Assembly (NCBI GenBank): GCA_964016885.1
Contig: OZ024745.1
Coordinates: forward strand, 65,224,001 to 65,288,000
Source of the DNA: Eledone cirrhosa
Taxonomy: Eukaryota
Direction: 5' to 3'
Length of the DNA stretch: 64,000 nucleotides
Part shown: positions 14,201-29,300 of the stretch, in pieces
How positions within the stretch are numbered: the first letter of the stretch is position 1
How the letters are laid out: each line of letters starts with the position of its first letter
Notes under the pieces: model-generated
Databases searched by the model: none
The model's input: the letters and a program-made list of their open reading frames with translations, nothing else
Told to the model about the DNA's origin: nothing
Translations under genes and position numbers: made by a program

Positions 14201-17200
14201 TGGGTGATCCATTTTTTAATTGGGTGATCCATTTTTATTTGGGTGATCCATTTTTTACTTGGGGGATCCATTTTTTATTTGGGTGATCCATTTTTTATTT
14301 TGCTGATTCATTTTTTATTTGGGTGATCCATTTTTTATTTGGGGGATCCATTTTTTATTTGGGTGATCCATTTTTTTTATTTGGGGGTCCATTTTTTATT
14401 TGGGTGATCCATTTTTTATTTGGGTGATCCATTTTTTATTTGGGGGATCCATTTTTTATTTGGGTGATCCATTCTTTATTTGGGGGTCCATTTTTTATTT
14501 GGGGGATCCATTTTTATTTGGGTGATCCATTTTTTATTTGGGGGATCCATTTATTATTTGAGTGATCCATTTTTTATTTGGGTTGATCCCTTTTTTATTT
14601 GGGGGATCCATTTTTTATTTGGGTGATCCATTTTTTATTTGGGGGATCCATTTTTTATTTGGGGGATCCATTTTTTATTTGGTTGATCCATTTTTTATTA
14701 GGGGGATCCATATTTTATTTGGGTGATCCATTTTAATTTGGAGATCCATTTTTTGTTTAGGTGATCCATTTTATAATTGGGTGATCCATTTTTTATTTGG
14801 GGGATCCATTTTTTATTTGGGGGATCCATTATTTATTTGGGTGATGCATTTTTTATTTGGGTGATCCATTTTTTATTTGGGTGATCCATTTTTTATTTGG
14901 GTGATCCATTTTTTATTTGGGTGATCCATTTTTTATTTGGGGGATCCATTTTTTATTTGGGTGATCCATTTTTTATTTGGGTGATCCATTTTTTATTTGA
15001 GGGATCCATTTTATATTTGGGTGATCCATTTTTTATATGGGTGATCCATTTTTTATTTGGGGGATCCATTTTTTATTTGGGGGATCCATTTTTTATTTGG
15101 GGGATCCATTTTTTATTTGGGGGATCCATTTTTTATTTCGGGGATCCATTTTTTATTTGGGTGATTCATTTTTTATTTGGGGGATCCATTTTTTATTTGG
15201 TAATCCATTTTTTTTATTTGGGGGTCCATTTTTTATTTGGGTGATCCATTTTTTATTTGGATGATCCATTTTTTAATTGGGTGATCCATTTTTATTTGGG
15301 TGATCCATTTTTTACTTGGGGGATGCATTTTTTATTTGGGTGATCCATTTTTTATTTTGCTGATTCATTTTTTATTTGGGTGATCCATTTTTTATTTGGG
15401 GGATCCATTTTTTATTTGGGTGAACCATTTTTTATTTGGGAGATCCATTTTTTATTTGGGTGATCCATTTTTTATTTGGGTGATCCATTTTTTATTTGGG
15501 GGATCCATTTTTTATTTGGGTGATCCATTTTTTATTTGGGTGATCCATTTTTTATTTGGGGGATCCATTTTTTATTTGGGGGATCCATTTTTTATTTGGG
15601 TGATCCATTTTTATTTGGAGATCCATTTTGTATTTGGGTGATCCATTTTTTAATTGGGTGATCCATTTTTTATTTGGGTGATCCATTTTTTATTTGGGTG
15701 GTCCATTTTTTATTTGGGTGATCCATTTTTTATTTGGGGGATCCATTTTTTATTTGGGAGATCCATTTTTTATTTGGGGATCCATTTTTTATTTGGGTGA
15801 TCCATTTTTTATTTGGGTGATCCATTTTTTATTTGGGGGATCCATTTTTTATTTGGGTGATCCATTTTTTATTTGGGGGGGGTCCATTTTTTATTTGGGG
15901 GATCCATTTTTATTTGGGTGATCCATTTTTTATTTGGGGGATCTATTTTTTATTTGGGTGATCCCTTTTTTATTTGGGGGATCCATTTTTTATTTGGGTG
16001 ATCCATTTTTTATTTGGGGGATCCATTTTTTATTTGGGGGATTCATTTTTTATTTGGGTGATCCATTTTTTATTAGGGGGATGCATTTTTTATTTGGGTG
16101 ATCCATTTTTATTTGGAGATCCATTTTTTATTTAGGTGATCCATTTTATAATTGGGTGATCCATTTTTTATTTGGGGGATCCATTTTTTATTTGGGGGAT
16201 CCATTATTTATTTGGGTGATCCATTTTTTATTTGGGTGATCCATTTTTTATTTGGGTGATCCATTTTTTATTTGGGTGATCCATTTTTTATTTGGGTGAT
16301 CCATTTTTTATTTGGGGGATCCATTTTTTATTTGGGTGATCCATTTTTTATTTGGGGGATCCATTTTTTATTTGGGTGATCCATTTTTTATTTGGGGGAT
16401 CCATTTTTTATTTCGGGGATCCATTTTTTATTTGGGTGATTCATTTTTTATTTGGGGGATCCATTTTTTATTTTGGGTGATCCATTTTTTATTAGGGGGA
16501 TCCATTTTTTATTTGGGTGATCCATTTTTATTTGTAGATCCATTTTTTATTTGGGTGATCCATTTTTTAATTGGATGATCCATTTTTTATTTGGGGGATC
16601 CATTTTTTATTTTGGGGATCCATTATTTATTTGGGTGATCCATTTTTTATTTGGGGGGATCCATTTTTAATTTGGGTGATCCATTTTTTATTTGGGGGAT
16701 CCATTTTTTATTTGGGTGATCCATATTTTATTTGGGGGATCCATTTTTTATTTGGGTGATCCATTTTTTATTTGGGTGATCCATTTTTTAATTGGGTGAT
16801 CCATTTTTTATTTGGGGGATCCATTTTTTATTTGGGTGATCCATTTTTTAGTTGGGTGGTCCATTTTTTATTTGGGTGATCCATTTTTTATTTGGGGGAT
16901 CCATTTTTTATTTGGGTGATCCATTTATTATTTGGGGATCCATTTTTTATTTGGGTGATCCATTTTTTATTTGGGTGATCCATTTTTTATTTGGGGGATC
17001 CATTTTTTATTTGGGTGATTCATTTTTTATTTGGGGGGTCCATTTTTTATTTGGGGGATCCATTTTTATTTGGGTGATCCATTTTTTATTTGGGGGATCC
17101 ATTTTTTATTTGGGTGATCCATTTTTTATTTGGGTTGATCCCTTTTTTATTTGGGGGATCCATTTTTTATTTGGGTGATCCATTTTTTATTTGGGGGATC

Positions 17201-17289
17201 CATTTTTTATTTGGGTGATCCATTTTTTATTTGAGGGATCCATTTTATATTTGGGTGATCCATTTTTTATTTGGGGGATCCATTATTTA

Positions 17290-20200
17290 TTTGGGTGATC
17301 CATTTTTTATTTGGGTGATCCATTTTTTATTTGGGTGATCCATTTTTTATTTGGGTGATCCATTTTTTATTTGGGTGATACATTTTTTATTTGGGGGATC
17401 CATTTTTTATTTGGGTGATCCATTTTTTATTTGGGTGATCCATTTTTTATTTGAGGGATCCATTTTATATTTGGGTGATCCATTTTTTATTTGGGTGATC
17501 CATTTTTTATTTGGGGGATCCATTTTTTATTTGGGGGATCCATTTTTTATTTGGGGGATCCATTTTTTATTTGGGGGATCCATTTTTTATTTCGGGGATC
17601 CATTTTTTATTTGGGTGATTCATTTTTTATTTGGGGGATCCATTTTTTATTTGGGTGATCCATTTTTTTAATTTGGGGGTCCATTTTTTATTTGGGTGAT
17701 CCATTTTTTATTTGGGTGATCCATTTTTTAATTGGGTGATCCATTTTTATTTGGGTGATCCATTTTTTACTTGGGGGATCAATTTTTTATTTGGGTGATC
17801 CATTTTTTATTTTGCTGATTCATTTTTTATTTGGGTGATCCATTTTTTATTTGGGGGATCCATTTTTTATTTGGGTGAACCATTTTTTATTTGGGGGATC
17901 CATTTTTTATTTGGGTGATCCATTTTTTATTTGGGTGATCCATTTTTTATTTGGGGGATCCATTTTTTATTTGGGTGATCCATTTTTTATTTGGGTGATC
18001 CATTTTTTATTTGGGTGATCCATTTTTTATTTGGGGGATCCATTTTTTATTTGGGTGATCCTTTTTTATTTGGAGATCCATTTTGTATTTGGGTGATCCA
18101 TTTTTTAATTGGGTGATCCATTTTTTATTTGGGTGATCCATTTTTATTTGGGGGATCCATTTTTTATTTGGGTGATCCATTTTTTATTTGGGTGGTCCAT
18201 TTTTTATTTGGGTGATCCATTTTTTATTTGGGGGATCCATTTTTTATTTGGGGGATCCATTTTTTATTTGGGGGATCCATTTTTTATTTGGGTGATCCAT
18301 TTTTTATTTGGGTGATCCATTTTTTATTTGGGGGATGCATTTTTTATTTGGGTGATCCATTTTTTATTTGGGGGGTCCATTTTTTATTTGGGGGATCCAT
18401 TTTTATTTGGGTGATCCATTTTTTATTTGGGGGATCCATTTTTTATTTGGGTGATCCCTTTTTTATTTGGGGGATCCATTTTTTATTTGGGTGATCCATT
18501 TTTTATTTGGGGGATCCATTTTTTATTTGGGGGATTCATTTTTTATTTGGGTGATCCATTTTTTATTAGGGGGATCCATTTTTTATTTGGGTGATCCATT
18601 TTTATTTGGAGATCCATTTTTTATTTAGGTGATCCATTTTATAATTGGGTGATCCATTTTTTATTTGGGGGATCCATTTTTTATTTGGAGGATCCATTAT
18701 TTATTTGGGTGATCCATTTTTTATTTGGGTGATCCATTTTTTATTTGGGTGATCCATTTTTTATTTGGGTTGATCCCTTTTTTATTTGGGGGATCCATTT
18801 TTTATTTGGGTGATCCATTTTTTATTTTGGGGATCCATTTTTTATTTGGGTGATCCATTTTTTATTTGGGTGATCCATTTTTTATTTGGGGGATCCATTT
18901 TTTATTTGGGTGATCCATTTTTTATTTGGGTGATCCATTTTTTATTTGAGGGACCCATTTTATATTTGGGTGATCCATTTTTTATTTGGGTGATCCATTT
19001 TTTATTTGGGGGATTCATTTTTTATTTGGGGGATCCATTTTTTATTTGGGGGATCCATTTTTTATTTGGGGGATCCATTTTTTATTTCGGGGATCCATTT
19101 TTTATTTGGGTGATTCATTTTTTATTTGGGGGATCCATTTTTATTTGGGTGATCCATTTTTTTTATTTGGGGGTCCATTTTTTATTTGGGTGATCCATTT
19201 TTTATTTGGGTGATCCATTTTTTAATTGGGTGATCCATTTTTATTTGGGTGATCCATTTTTTACTTGGGGGATCCATTTTTTATTTGGGTGATCCATTTT
19301 TTATTTACTGATTCATTTTTTATTTGGGTGATCCATTTTTTATTTGGAGGATCCATTTTTTATTTGGGTGAACCATTTTTTATTTGGGGGATCCATTTTT
19401 TATTTGGGTGATCCATTTTTTATTTGGGTGATCCATTTTTTATTTGGGGGATCCATGTTTTATTTGGGTGATCCATTTTTTATTTGGGTGATCCATTTTT
19501 TATTTGGGGGATCCATTTTTTATTTGGGGGATCCATTTTTTATTTGGGTGATCCATTTTTATTTGGAGATCCATTTTGTATTTGGGTGATCCATTTTGTA
19601 TTTGGGGGATCCATTTTTTAATTGGGTGATCCATTTTTTATTTGGGGGATCCATTTTTTATTTGGGGGATCCATTTTTTATTTGGGGGATCCATTGTTTA
19701 TTTGGGTGATCCATTTTTTATTTGGGTGATCCATTTTTTATTTGGGGGATCCATTTTTTATTTGGGGGATCCATTTTTTATTTGGGTGATCCATTTTTTA
19801 TTTGGGTGATCCATTTTTTATTTGGGGGATCCATTTTTTATTTGGGGGATCCATTTTTTATTTGGTTGATCCATTTTTTATTAGGGGGATCCATATTTTA
19901 TTTGCGTGATCCATTTTAATTTGGAGATCCATTTTTTGTTTAGGTGATCCATTTTATAATTGGGTGATCCATTTTTTATTTGGGGGATCCATTTTTTATT
20001 TGGGGGATCCATTATTTATTTGGGTGATGCATTTTTTATTTGGGTGATCCATTTTTTATTTGGGTGATCCATTTTTTATTTGGGTGATCCATTTTTTATT
20101 TGGGTGATCCATTTTTTATTTGGGGGATCCATTTTTTATTTGGGTGATCCATTTTTTATTTGGGTGATCCATTTTTTATTTGAGGGATCCATTTTATATT

Positions 20201-23200
20201 TGGGTGATCCAATTTTTTATATGGGTGATCCATTTTTTATTTGGATGATCCATTTTTTAATTGGGTGATCCATTTTTATTTGGGTGATCCATTTTTTTTA
20301 TTTGGGGATCCATTTTTTATTTGGGTGATTCATTTTTTATTTGGGGGATCCATTTTTTATTTGGGTAATCCATTTTTTTTATTTGGGGGTCCATTTTTTA
20401 TTTGGGTGATCCATTTTTTATTTGGATGATCCATTTTTTAATTGGGTGATCCATTTTTATTTGGGTGATCCATTTTTTACTTGGGGGATGCATTTTTTAT
20501 TTGGGTGATCCATTTTTTATTTTGCTGATTCATTTTTTATTTGGGTGATCCATTTTTTATTTGGGGGATCCATTTTTTATTTGGGTGAACCATTTTTTAT
20601 TTGGGAGATCCATTTTTTATTTGGGTGATCCATTTTTTATTTGGGTGATCCATTTTTTATTTGGGGGATCCATTTTTTATTTGGGTGATCCATTTTTTAT
20701 TTGGGTGATCCATTTTTTATTTGGGGGATCCATTTTTTATTTGGGGGATCCATTTTTTATTTGGGTGATCCATTTTTATTTGGAGATCCATTTTGTATTT
20801 GGGGGATCCATTTTTATTTGGGTGATCCATTTTTTATTTGGGGGATCCATTTTTTATTTGGGTGATCCCTTTTTTATTTGGGGGATCCATTTTTTATTTG
20901 GGTGATCCATTTTTTATTTGGGGGATCCATTTTTTATTTGGGGGATTCATTTTTTATTTGGGTGATCCATTTTTTATTAGGGGGATCCATTTTTTATTTG
21001 GGTGATCCATTTTTATTTGGAGATCCATTTTTTATTTAGGTGATCCATTTTATAATTGGGTGATCCATTTTTTATTTGGGGGATCCATTTTTTATTTGGA
21101 GGATCCATTATTTATTTGGGTGATCCATTTTTTATTTGGGTGATCCATTTTTTATTTGGGTGATCCATTTTTTATTTGGGTTGATCCCTTTTTTATTTGG
21201 GGGATCCATTTTTTATTTGGGTGATCCATTTTTTATTTTGGGGATCCATTTTTTATTTGGGTGATCCATTTTTTATTTGGGTGATCCATTTTTTATTTGG
21301 GGGATCCATTTTTTATTTGGGTGATCCATTTTTTATTTGGGTGATCCATTTTTTATTTGAGGGACCCATTTTATATTTGGGTGATCCATTTTTTATTTGG
21401 GTGATCCATTTTTTATTTGGGGGATTCATTTTTTATTTGGGGGATCCATTTTTTATTTGGGGGATCCATTTTTTATTTGGGGGATCCATTTTTTATTTCG
21501 GGGATCCATTTTTTATTTGGGTGATTCATTTTTTATTTGGGGGATCCATTTTTTATTTGGGTGATCCATTTTTTTTATTTGGGGGTCCATTTTTTATTTG
21601 GGTGATCCATTTTTTATTTGGGTTATCCATTTTTTAATTGGGTGATCCATTTTTATTTGGGTGATCCATTTTTTACTTGGGGGATCCATTTTTTATTTGG
21701 GTGATCCATTTTTTATTTTGCTGATTCATTTTTTATTTGGGTGATGCATTTTTTATTTGGAGGATCCATTTTTTATTTGGGTGAACCATTTTTTATTTGG
21801 GTGATCCATTTTTTATTTGGGTGATCCATTTTTTATTTGGGTGATCCATTTTTTATTTGGGTGATCCATTTTTTATTTGGGTGATACATTTTTTATTTGG
21901 GGGATCCATTTTTTATTTGGGTGATCCATTTTTTATTTGGGTGATCCATTTTTTATTTGAGGGATCCATTTTATATTTGGGTGATCCATTTTTTATTTGG
22001 GTGATCCATTTTTTATTTGGGGGATCCATTTTTTATTTGGGGGATCCATTTTTTATTTGGGGGATCCATTTTTTATTTGGGGGATCCATTTTTTATTTCG
22101 GGGATCCATTTTTTATTTGGGTGATTCATTTTTTATTTGGGGGATCCATTTTTTATTTGGGTGATCCATTTTTTTAATTTGGGGGTCCATTTTTTATTTG
22201 GGTGATCCATTTTTTATTTGGGTGATCCATTTTTTAATTGGGTGATCCATTTTTATTTGGGTGATCCATTTTTTACTTGGGGGATCAATTTTTTATTTGG
22301 GTGATCCATTTTTTATTTTGCTGATTCATTTTTTATTTGGGTGATCCATTTTTTATTTGGGGGATCCATTTTTTATTTGGGTGAACCATTTTTTATTTGG
22401 GGGATCCATTTTTTATTTGGGTGATCCATTTTTTATTTGGGTGATCCATTTTTTATTTGGGGGATCCATTTTTTATTTGGGTGATCCATTTTTTATTTGG
22501 GTGATCCATTTTTTATTTGGGTGATCCATTTTTTATTTGGGGGATCCATTTTTTATTTGGGTGATCCTTTTTTATTTGGAGATCCATTTTGTATTTGGGT
22601 GATCCATTTTTTAATTGGGTGATCCATTTTTTATTTGGGTGATCCATTTTTATTTGGGGGATCCATTTTTTATTTGGGTGATCCATTTTTTATTTGGGTG
22701 GTCCATTTTTTATTTGGGTGATCCATTTTTTATTTGGGGGATCCATTTTTTATTTGGGGGATCCATTTTTTATTTGGGGGATCCATTTTTTATTTGGGTG
22801 ATCCATTTTTTATTTGGGTGATCCATTTTTTATTTGGGGGATGCATTTTTTATTTGGGTGATCCATTTTTTATTTGGGGGGTCCATTTTTTATTTGGGGG
22901 ATCCATTTTTATTTGGGTGATCCATTTTTTATTTGGGGGATCCATTTTTTATTTGGGTGATCCCTTTTTTATTTGGGGGATCCATTTTTTATTTGGGTGA
23001 TCCATTTTTTATTTGGGGGATCCATTTTTTATTTGGGGGATTCATTTTTTATTTGGGTGATCCATTTTTTATTAGGGGGATCCATTTTTTATTTGGGTGA
23101 TCCATTTTTATTTGGAGATCCATTTTTTATTTAGGTGATCCATTTTATAATTGGGTGATCCATTTTTTATTTGGGGGATCCATTTTTTATTTGGAGGATC

Positions 23201-26200
23201 CATTATTTATTTGGGTGATCCATTTTTTATTTGGGTGATCCATTTTTTATTTGGGTGATCCATTTTTTATTTGGGTTGATCCCTTTTTTATTTGGGGGAT
23301 CCATTTTTTATTTGGGTGATCCATTTTTTATTTTGGGGATCCATTTTTTATTTGGGTGATCCATTTTTTATTTGGGTGATCCATTTTTTATTTGGGGGAT
23401 CCATTTTTTATTTGGGTGATCCATTTTTTATTTGGGTGATCCATTTTTTATTTGAGGGACCCATTTTATATTTGGGTGATCCATTTTTTATTTGGGTGAT
23501 CCATTTTTTATTTGGGGGATTCATTTTTTATTTGGGGGATCCATTTTTTATTTGGGGGATCCATTTTTTATTTGGGGGATCCATTTTTTATTTCGGGGAT
23601 CCATTTTTTATTTGGGTGATTCATTTTTTATTTGGGGGATCCATTTTTATTTGGGTGATCCATTTTTTTTATTTGGGGGTCCATTTTTTATTTGGGTGAT
23701 CCATTTTTTATTTGGGTGATCCATTTTTTAATTGGGTGATCCATTTTTATTTGGGTGATCCATTTTTTACTTGGGGGATCCATTTTTTATTTGGGTGATC
23801 CATTTTTTATTTACTGATTCATTTTTTATTTGGGTGATCCATTTTTTATTTGGAGGATCCATTTTTTATTTGGGTGAACCATTTTTTATTTGGGGGATCC
23901 ATTTTTTATTTGGGTGATCCATTTTTTATTTGGGTGATCCATTTTTTATTTGGGGGATCCATGTTTTATTTGGGTGATCCATTTTTTATTTGGGTGATCC
24001 ATTTTTTATTTGGGGGATCCATTTTTTATTTGGGGGATCCATTTTTTATTTGGGTGATCCATTTTTATTTGGAGATCCATTTTGTATTTGGGTGATCCAT
24101 TTTGTATTTGGGGGATCCATTTTTTAATTGGGTGATCCATTTTTTATTTGGGGGATCCATTTTTTATTTGGGGGATCCATTTTTTATTTGGGGGATGCAT
24201 TGTTTATTTGGGTGATCCATTTTTTATTTGGGTGATCCATTTTTTATTTGGGGGATCCATTTTTTATTTGGGGGATCCATTTTTTATTTGGGTGATCCAT
24301 TTTTTATTTGGGTGATCCATTTTTTATTTGGGGGATCCATTTTTTATTTGGGGGATCCATTTTTTATTTGGTTGATCCATTTTTTATTAGGGGGATCCAT
24401 ATTTTATTTGCGTGATCCATTTTAATTTGGAGATCCATTTTTTGTTTAGGTGATCCATTTTATAATTGGGTGATCCATTTTTTATTTGGGGGATCCATTT
24501 TTTATTTGGGGGATCCATTATTTATTTGGGTGATGCATTTTTTATTTGGGTGATCCATTTTTTATTTGGGTGATCCATTTTTTATTTGGGTGATCCATTT
24601 TTTATTTGGGTGATCCATTTTTTATTTGGGGGATCCATTTTTTATTTGGGTGATCCATTTTTTATTTGGGTGATCCATTTTTTATTTGAGGGATCCATTT
24701 TATATTTGGGTGATCCAATTTTTTATATGGGTGATCCATTTTTTATTTGGGGGATCCATTTTTTATTTGGGGGATCCATTTTTTATTTGGGGGATCCATT
24801 TTTTATTTGGGGGATCCATTTTTTATTTCGGGGATCCATTTTTTATTTGGGTGATTCATTTTTTATTTGGGGGATCCATTTTTTATTTGGGTAATCCATT
24901 TTTTTTATTTGGGGGTCCATTTTTTATTTGGGTGATCCATTTTTTATTTGGATGATCCATTTTTTAATTGGGTGATCCATTTTTATTTGGGTGATCCATT
25001 TTTTACTTGGGGGATGCATTTTTTATTTGGGTGATCCATTTTTTATTTTGCTGATTCATTTTTTATTTGGGTGATCCATTTTTTATTTGGGGGATCCATT
25101 TTTTATTTGGGTGAACCATTTTTTATTTGGGAGATCCATTTTTTATTTGGGTGATCCATTTTTTATTTGGGTGATCCATTTTTTATTTGGGGGATCCATT
25201 TTTTATTTGGGTGATCCATTTTTTATTTGGGTGATCCATTTTTTATTTGGGGGATCCATTTTTTATTTGGGGGATCCATTTTTTATTTGGGTGATCCATT
25301 TTTATTTGGAGATCCATTTTGTATTTGGGGGATCCATTTTTATTTGGGTGATCCATTTTTTATTTGGGGGATCCATTTTTTATTTGGGTGATCCCTTTTT
25401 TATTTGGGGGATCCATTTTTTATTTGGGTGATCCATTTTTTATTTGGGGGATCCATTTTTTATTTGGGGGATTCATTTTTTATTTGGGTGATCCATTTTT
25501 TATTAGGGGGATCCATTTTTTATTTGGGTGATCCATTTTTATTTGGAGATCCATTTTTTATTTAGGTGATCCATTTTATAATTGGGTGATCCATTTTTTA
25601 TTTGGGGGATCCATTTTTTATTTGGAGGATCCATTATTTATTTGGGTGATCCATTTTTTATTTGGGTGATCCATTTTTTATTTGGGTGATCCATTTTTTA
25701 TTTGGGTTGATCCCTTTTTTATTTGGGGGATCCATTTTTTATTTGGGTGATCCATTTTTTATTTTGGGGATCCATTTTTTATTTGGGTGATCCATTTTTT
25801 ATTTGGGTGATCCATTTTTTATTTGGGGGATCCATTTTTTATTTGGGTGATCCATTTTTTATTTGGGTGATCCATTTTTTATTTGAGGGACCCATTTTAT
25901 ATTTGGGTGATCCATTTTTTATTTGGGTGATCCATTTTTTATTTGGGGGATTCATTTTTTATTTGGGGGATCCATTTTTTATTTGGGGGATCCATTTTTT
26001 ATTTGGGGGATCCATTTTTTATTTCGGGGATCCATTTTTTATTTGGGTGATTCATTTTTTATTTGGGGGATCCATTTTTTATTTGGGTGATCCATTTTTT
26101 TTATTTGGGGGTCCATTTTTTATTTGGGTGATCCATTTTTTATTTGGGTTATCCATTTTTTAATTGGGTGATCCATTTTTATTTGGGTGATCCATTTTTT

Positions 26201-26320
26201 ACTTGGGGGATCCATTTTTTATTTGGGTGATCCATTTTTTATTTTGCTGATTCATTTTTTATTTGGGTGATGCATTTTTTATTTGGAGGATCCATTTTTT
26301 ATTTGGGTGAACCATTTTTT
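17290..26320 (+). repeat. Tandem block duplication, period 4506 bp (4526 bp in the distal part)
   Basis: ORF entries 17351 to 20080 recur at 21857 to 24586 (+4506), and 20561/21197 recur at 25087/25723 (+4526). Shared private variants: GGATCAATT (~17777 and ~22283), TTTACTGATTC (~19305 and ~23811), TTGCGTGAT (~19903 and ~24409), GGGTTATCC (~21620 and ~26146). Confidence 0.9.
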
Positions 26321-29300
26321 ATTTGGGGGATCCATTTTTTATTTGGGTGATCCATTTTTTATTTGGGTGATCCATTTTTTATTTGGGGGATCCATGTTTT
26401 ATTTGGGTGATCCATTTTTTATTTGGGTGATCCATTTTTTATTTGGGGGATCCATTTTTTATTTGGGGGATCCATTTTTTATTTGAGTGATCCATTTTTA
26501 TTTGGAGATCCATTTTGTATTTGGGTGATCCATTTTGTATTTGGGGGATCCATTTTTTAATTGGGTGATCCATTTTTTATTTGGGGGATCCATTTTTTAT
26601 TTGGGGGATCCATTTTTTATTTGGGGGATCCATTGTTTATTTGGGTGATCCATTTTTTATTTGGGTGATCCATTTTTTATTTGGGGGATCCATTTTTTAT
26701 TTGGGGGATCCATTTTTTATTTGGGTGATCCATTTTTTATTTGGGTGATCCATTTTTTATTTGGGGGATCCATTTTTTATTTGGGGGATCCATTTTTTAT
26801 TTGGTTGATCCATTTTTTATTAGGGGGATCCATATTTTATTTGGGTGATCCATTTTAATTTGGAGATCCATTTTTTGTTTAGGTGATCCATTTTATAATT
26901 GGGTGATCCATTTTTTATTTGGGGGATCCATTTTTTATTTGGGGGATCCATTATTTATTTGGGTGATGCATTTTTTATTTGGGTGATCCATTTTTTATTT
27001 GGGTGATCCATTTTTTATTTGGGGGATCCATTTTTTATTTGGGTGATCCATTTTTTATTTGGGTGATCCATTTTTTATTTTGCTGATTCATTTTTTATTT
27101 GGGTGATCCATTTTTTATTTGGGGGATCCATTTTTTATTTGGGTGAACCATTTTTTATTTGGGAGATCCATTTTTTATTTGGGTGATCCATTTTTTATTT
27201 GGGTGATCCATTTTTTATTTGGGGGATCCATTTTTTATTTGGGTGATCCATTTTTTATTTGGGTGATCCATTTTTTATTTGGGGGATCCATTTTTTATTT
27301 GGGGGATCCATTTTTTATTTGGGTGATCCATTTTTATTTGGAGATCCATTTTGTATTTGGGTGATCCATTTTTTAATTGGGTGATCCATTTTTTATTTGG
27401 GTGATCCATTTTTTATTTGGGTGGTCCATTTTTTATTTGGGTGATCCATTTTTTATTTGGGGGATCCATTTTTTATTTGGGTGATCTATTTTTTATTTGG
27501 GGATCCATTTTTTATTTGGGTGATCCATTTTTTATTTGGGTGATCCATTTTTTATTTGGGGGATCCATTTTTTATTTGGGTGATCCATTTTTTATTTGGG
27601 GGGGTCCATTTTTTATTTGGGGGATCCATTTTTATTTGGGTGATCCATTTTTTATTTGGGGGATCCATTTTTTATTTGGGTGATCCCTTTTTTATTTGGG
27701 GGATCCATTTTTTATTTGGGTGATCCATTTTTTATTTGGGGGATCCATTTTTTATTTGGGGGATTCATTTTTTATTTGGGTGATCCATTTTTTATTAGGG
27801 GGATCCATTTTTTATTTGGGTGATCCATTTTTATTTGGAGATCCATTTTTTATTTAGGTGATCCATTTTATAATTGGGTGATCCATTTTTTATTTGGGGG
27901 ATCCATTTTTTATTTGGGGGATCCATTATTTATTTGGGTGATCCATTTTTTATTTGGGTGATCCATTTTTTATTTGGGTGATCCATTTTTTATTTGGGTG
28001 ATCCATTTTTTATTTGGGTGATCCATTTTTTATTTGGGGGATCCATTTTTTATTTGGGTGATCCATTTTTTATTTGGGGGATCCATTTTTTATTTGGGTG
28101 ATCCATTTTTTATTTGGGGGATCCATTTTTTATTTCGGGGATCCATTTTTTATTTGGGTGATTCATTTTTTATTTGGGGGATCCATTTTTTATTTTGGGT
28201 GATCCATTTTTTATTAGGGGGATCCATTTTTTATTTGGGTGATCCATTTTTATTTGGAGATCCATTTTTTATTTGGGGGATCCATTTTTTATTTGGGTGA
28301 TCCATTTTTTATTTGAGGGATCCATTTTATATTTGGGTGATCCATTTTTTATTTGGGGGATCCATTATTTATTTGGGTGATCCATTTTTTATTTGGGTGA
28401 TCCATTTTTTATTTGGGGGATCCATTTTTTATTTGGGTGATCCATTTTTTATTTGGGTGATCCATTTTTTATTTGAGGGATCCATTTTATATTTGGGTGA
28501 TCCAATTTTTTATATGGGTGATCCATTTTTTATTTGGGGGATCCATTTTTTATTTGGGGGATCCATTTTTTATTTGGGGGATCCATTTTTTATTTGGGGG
28601 ATCCATTTTTTATTTCGGGGATCCATTTTTTATTTGGGTGATTCATTTTTTATTTGGGGGATCCATTTTTTATTTGGGTAATCCATTTTTTTTATTTGGG
28701 GGTCCATTTTTTATTTGGGTGATCCATTTTTTATTTGGATGATCCATTTTTTAATTGGGTGATCCATTTTTATTTGGGTGATCCATTTTTTACTTGGGGG
28801 ATGCATTTTTTATTTGGGTGATCCATTTTTTATTTTGCTGATTCATTTTTTATTTGGGTGATCCATTTTTTATTTGGGGGATCCATTTTTTATTTGGGTG
28901 AACCATTTTTTATTTGGGAGATCCATTTTTTATTTGGGTGATCCATTTTTTATTTGGGTGATCCATTTTTTATTTGGGGGATCCATTTTTTATTTGGGTG
29001 ATCCATTTTTTATTTGGGTGATCCATTTTTTATTTGGGGGATCCATTTTTTATTTGGGGGATCCATTTTTTATTTGGGTGATCCATTTTTATTTGGAGAT
29101 CCATTTTGTATTTGGGGGATCCATTTTTATTTGGGTGATCCATTTTTTATTTGGGGGATCCATTTTTTATTTGGGTGATCCCTTTTTTATTTGGGGGATC
29201 CATTTTTTATTTGGGTGATCCATTTTTTATTTGGGGGATCCATTTTTTATTTGGGGGATTCATTTTTTATTTGGGTGATCCATTTTTTATTAGGGGGATC

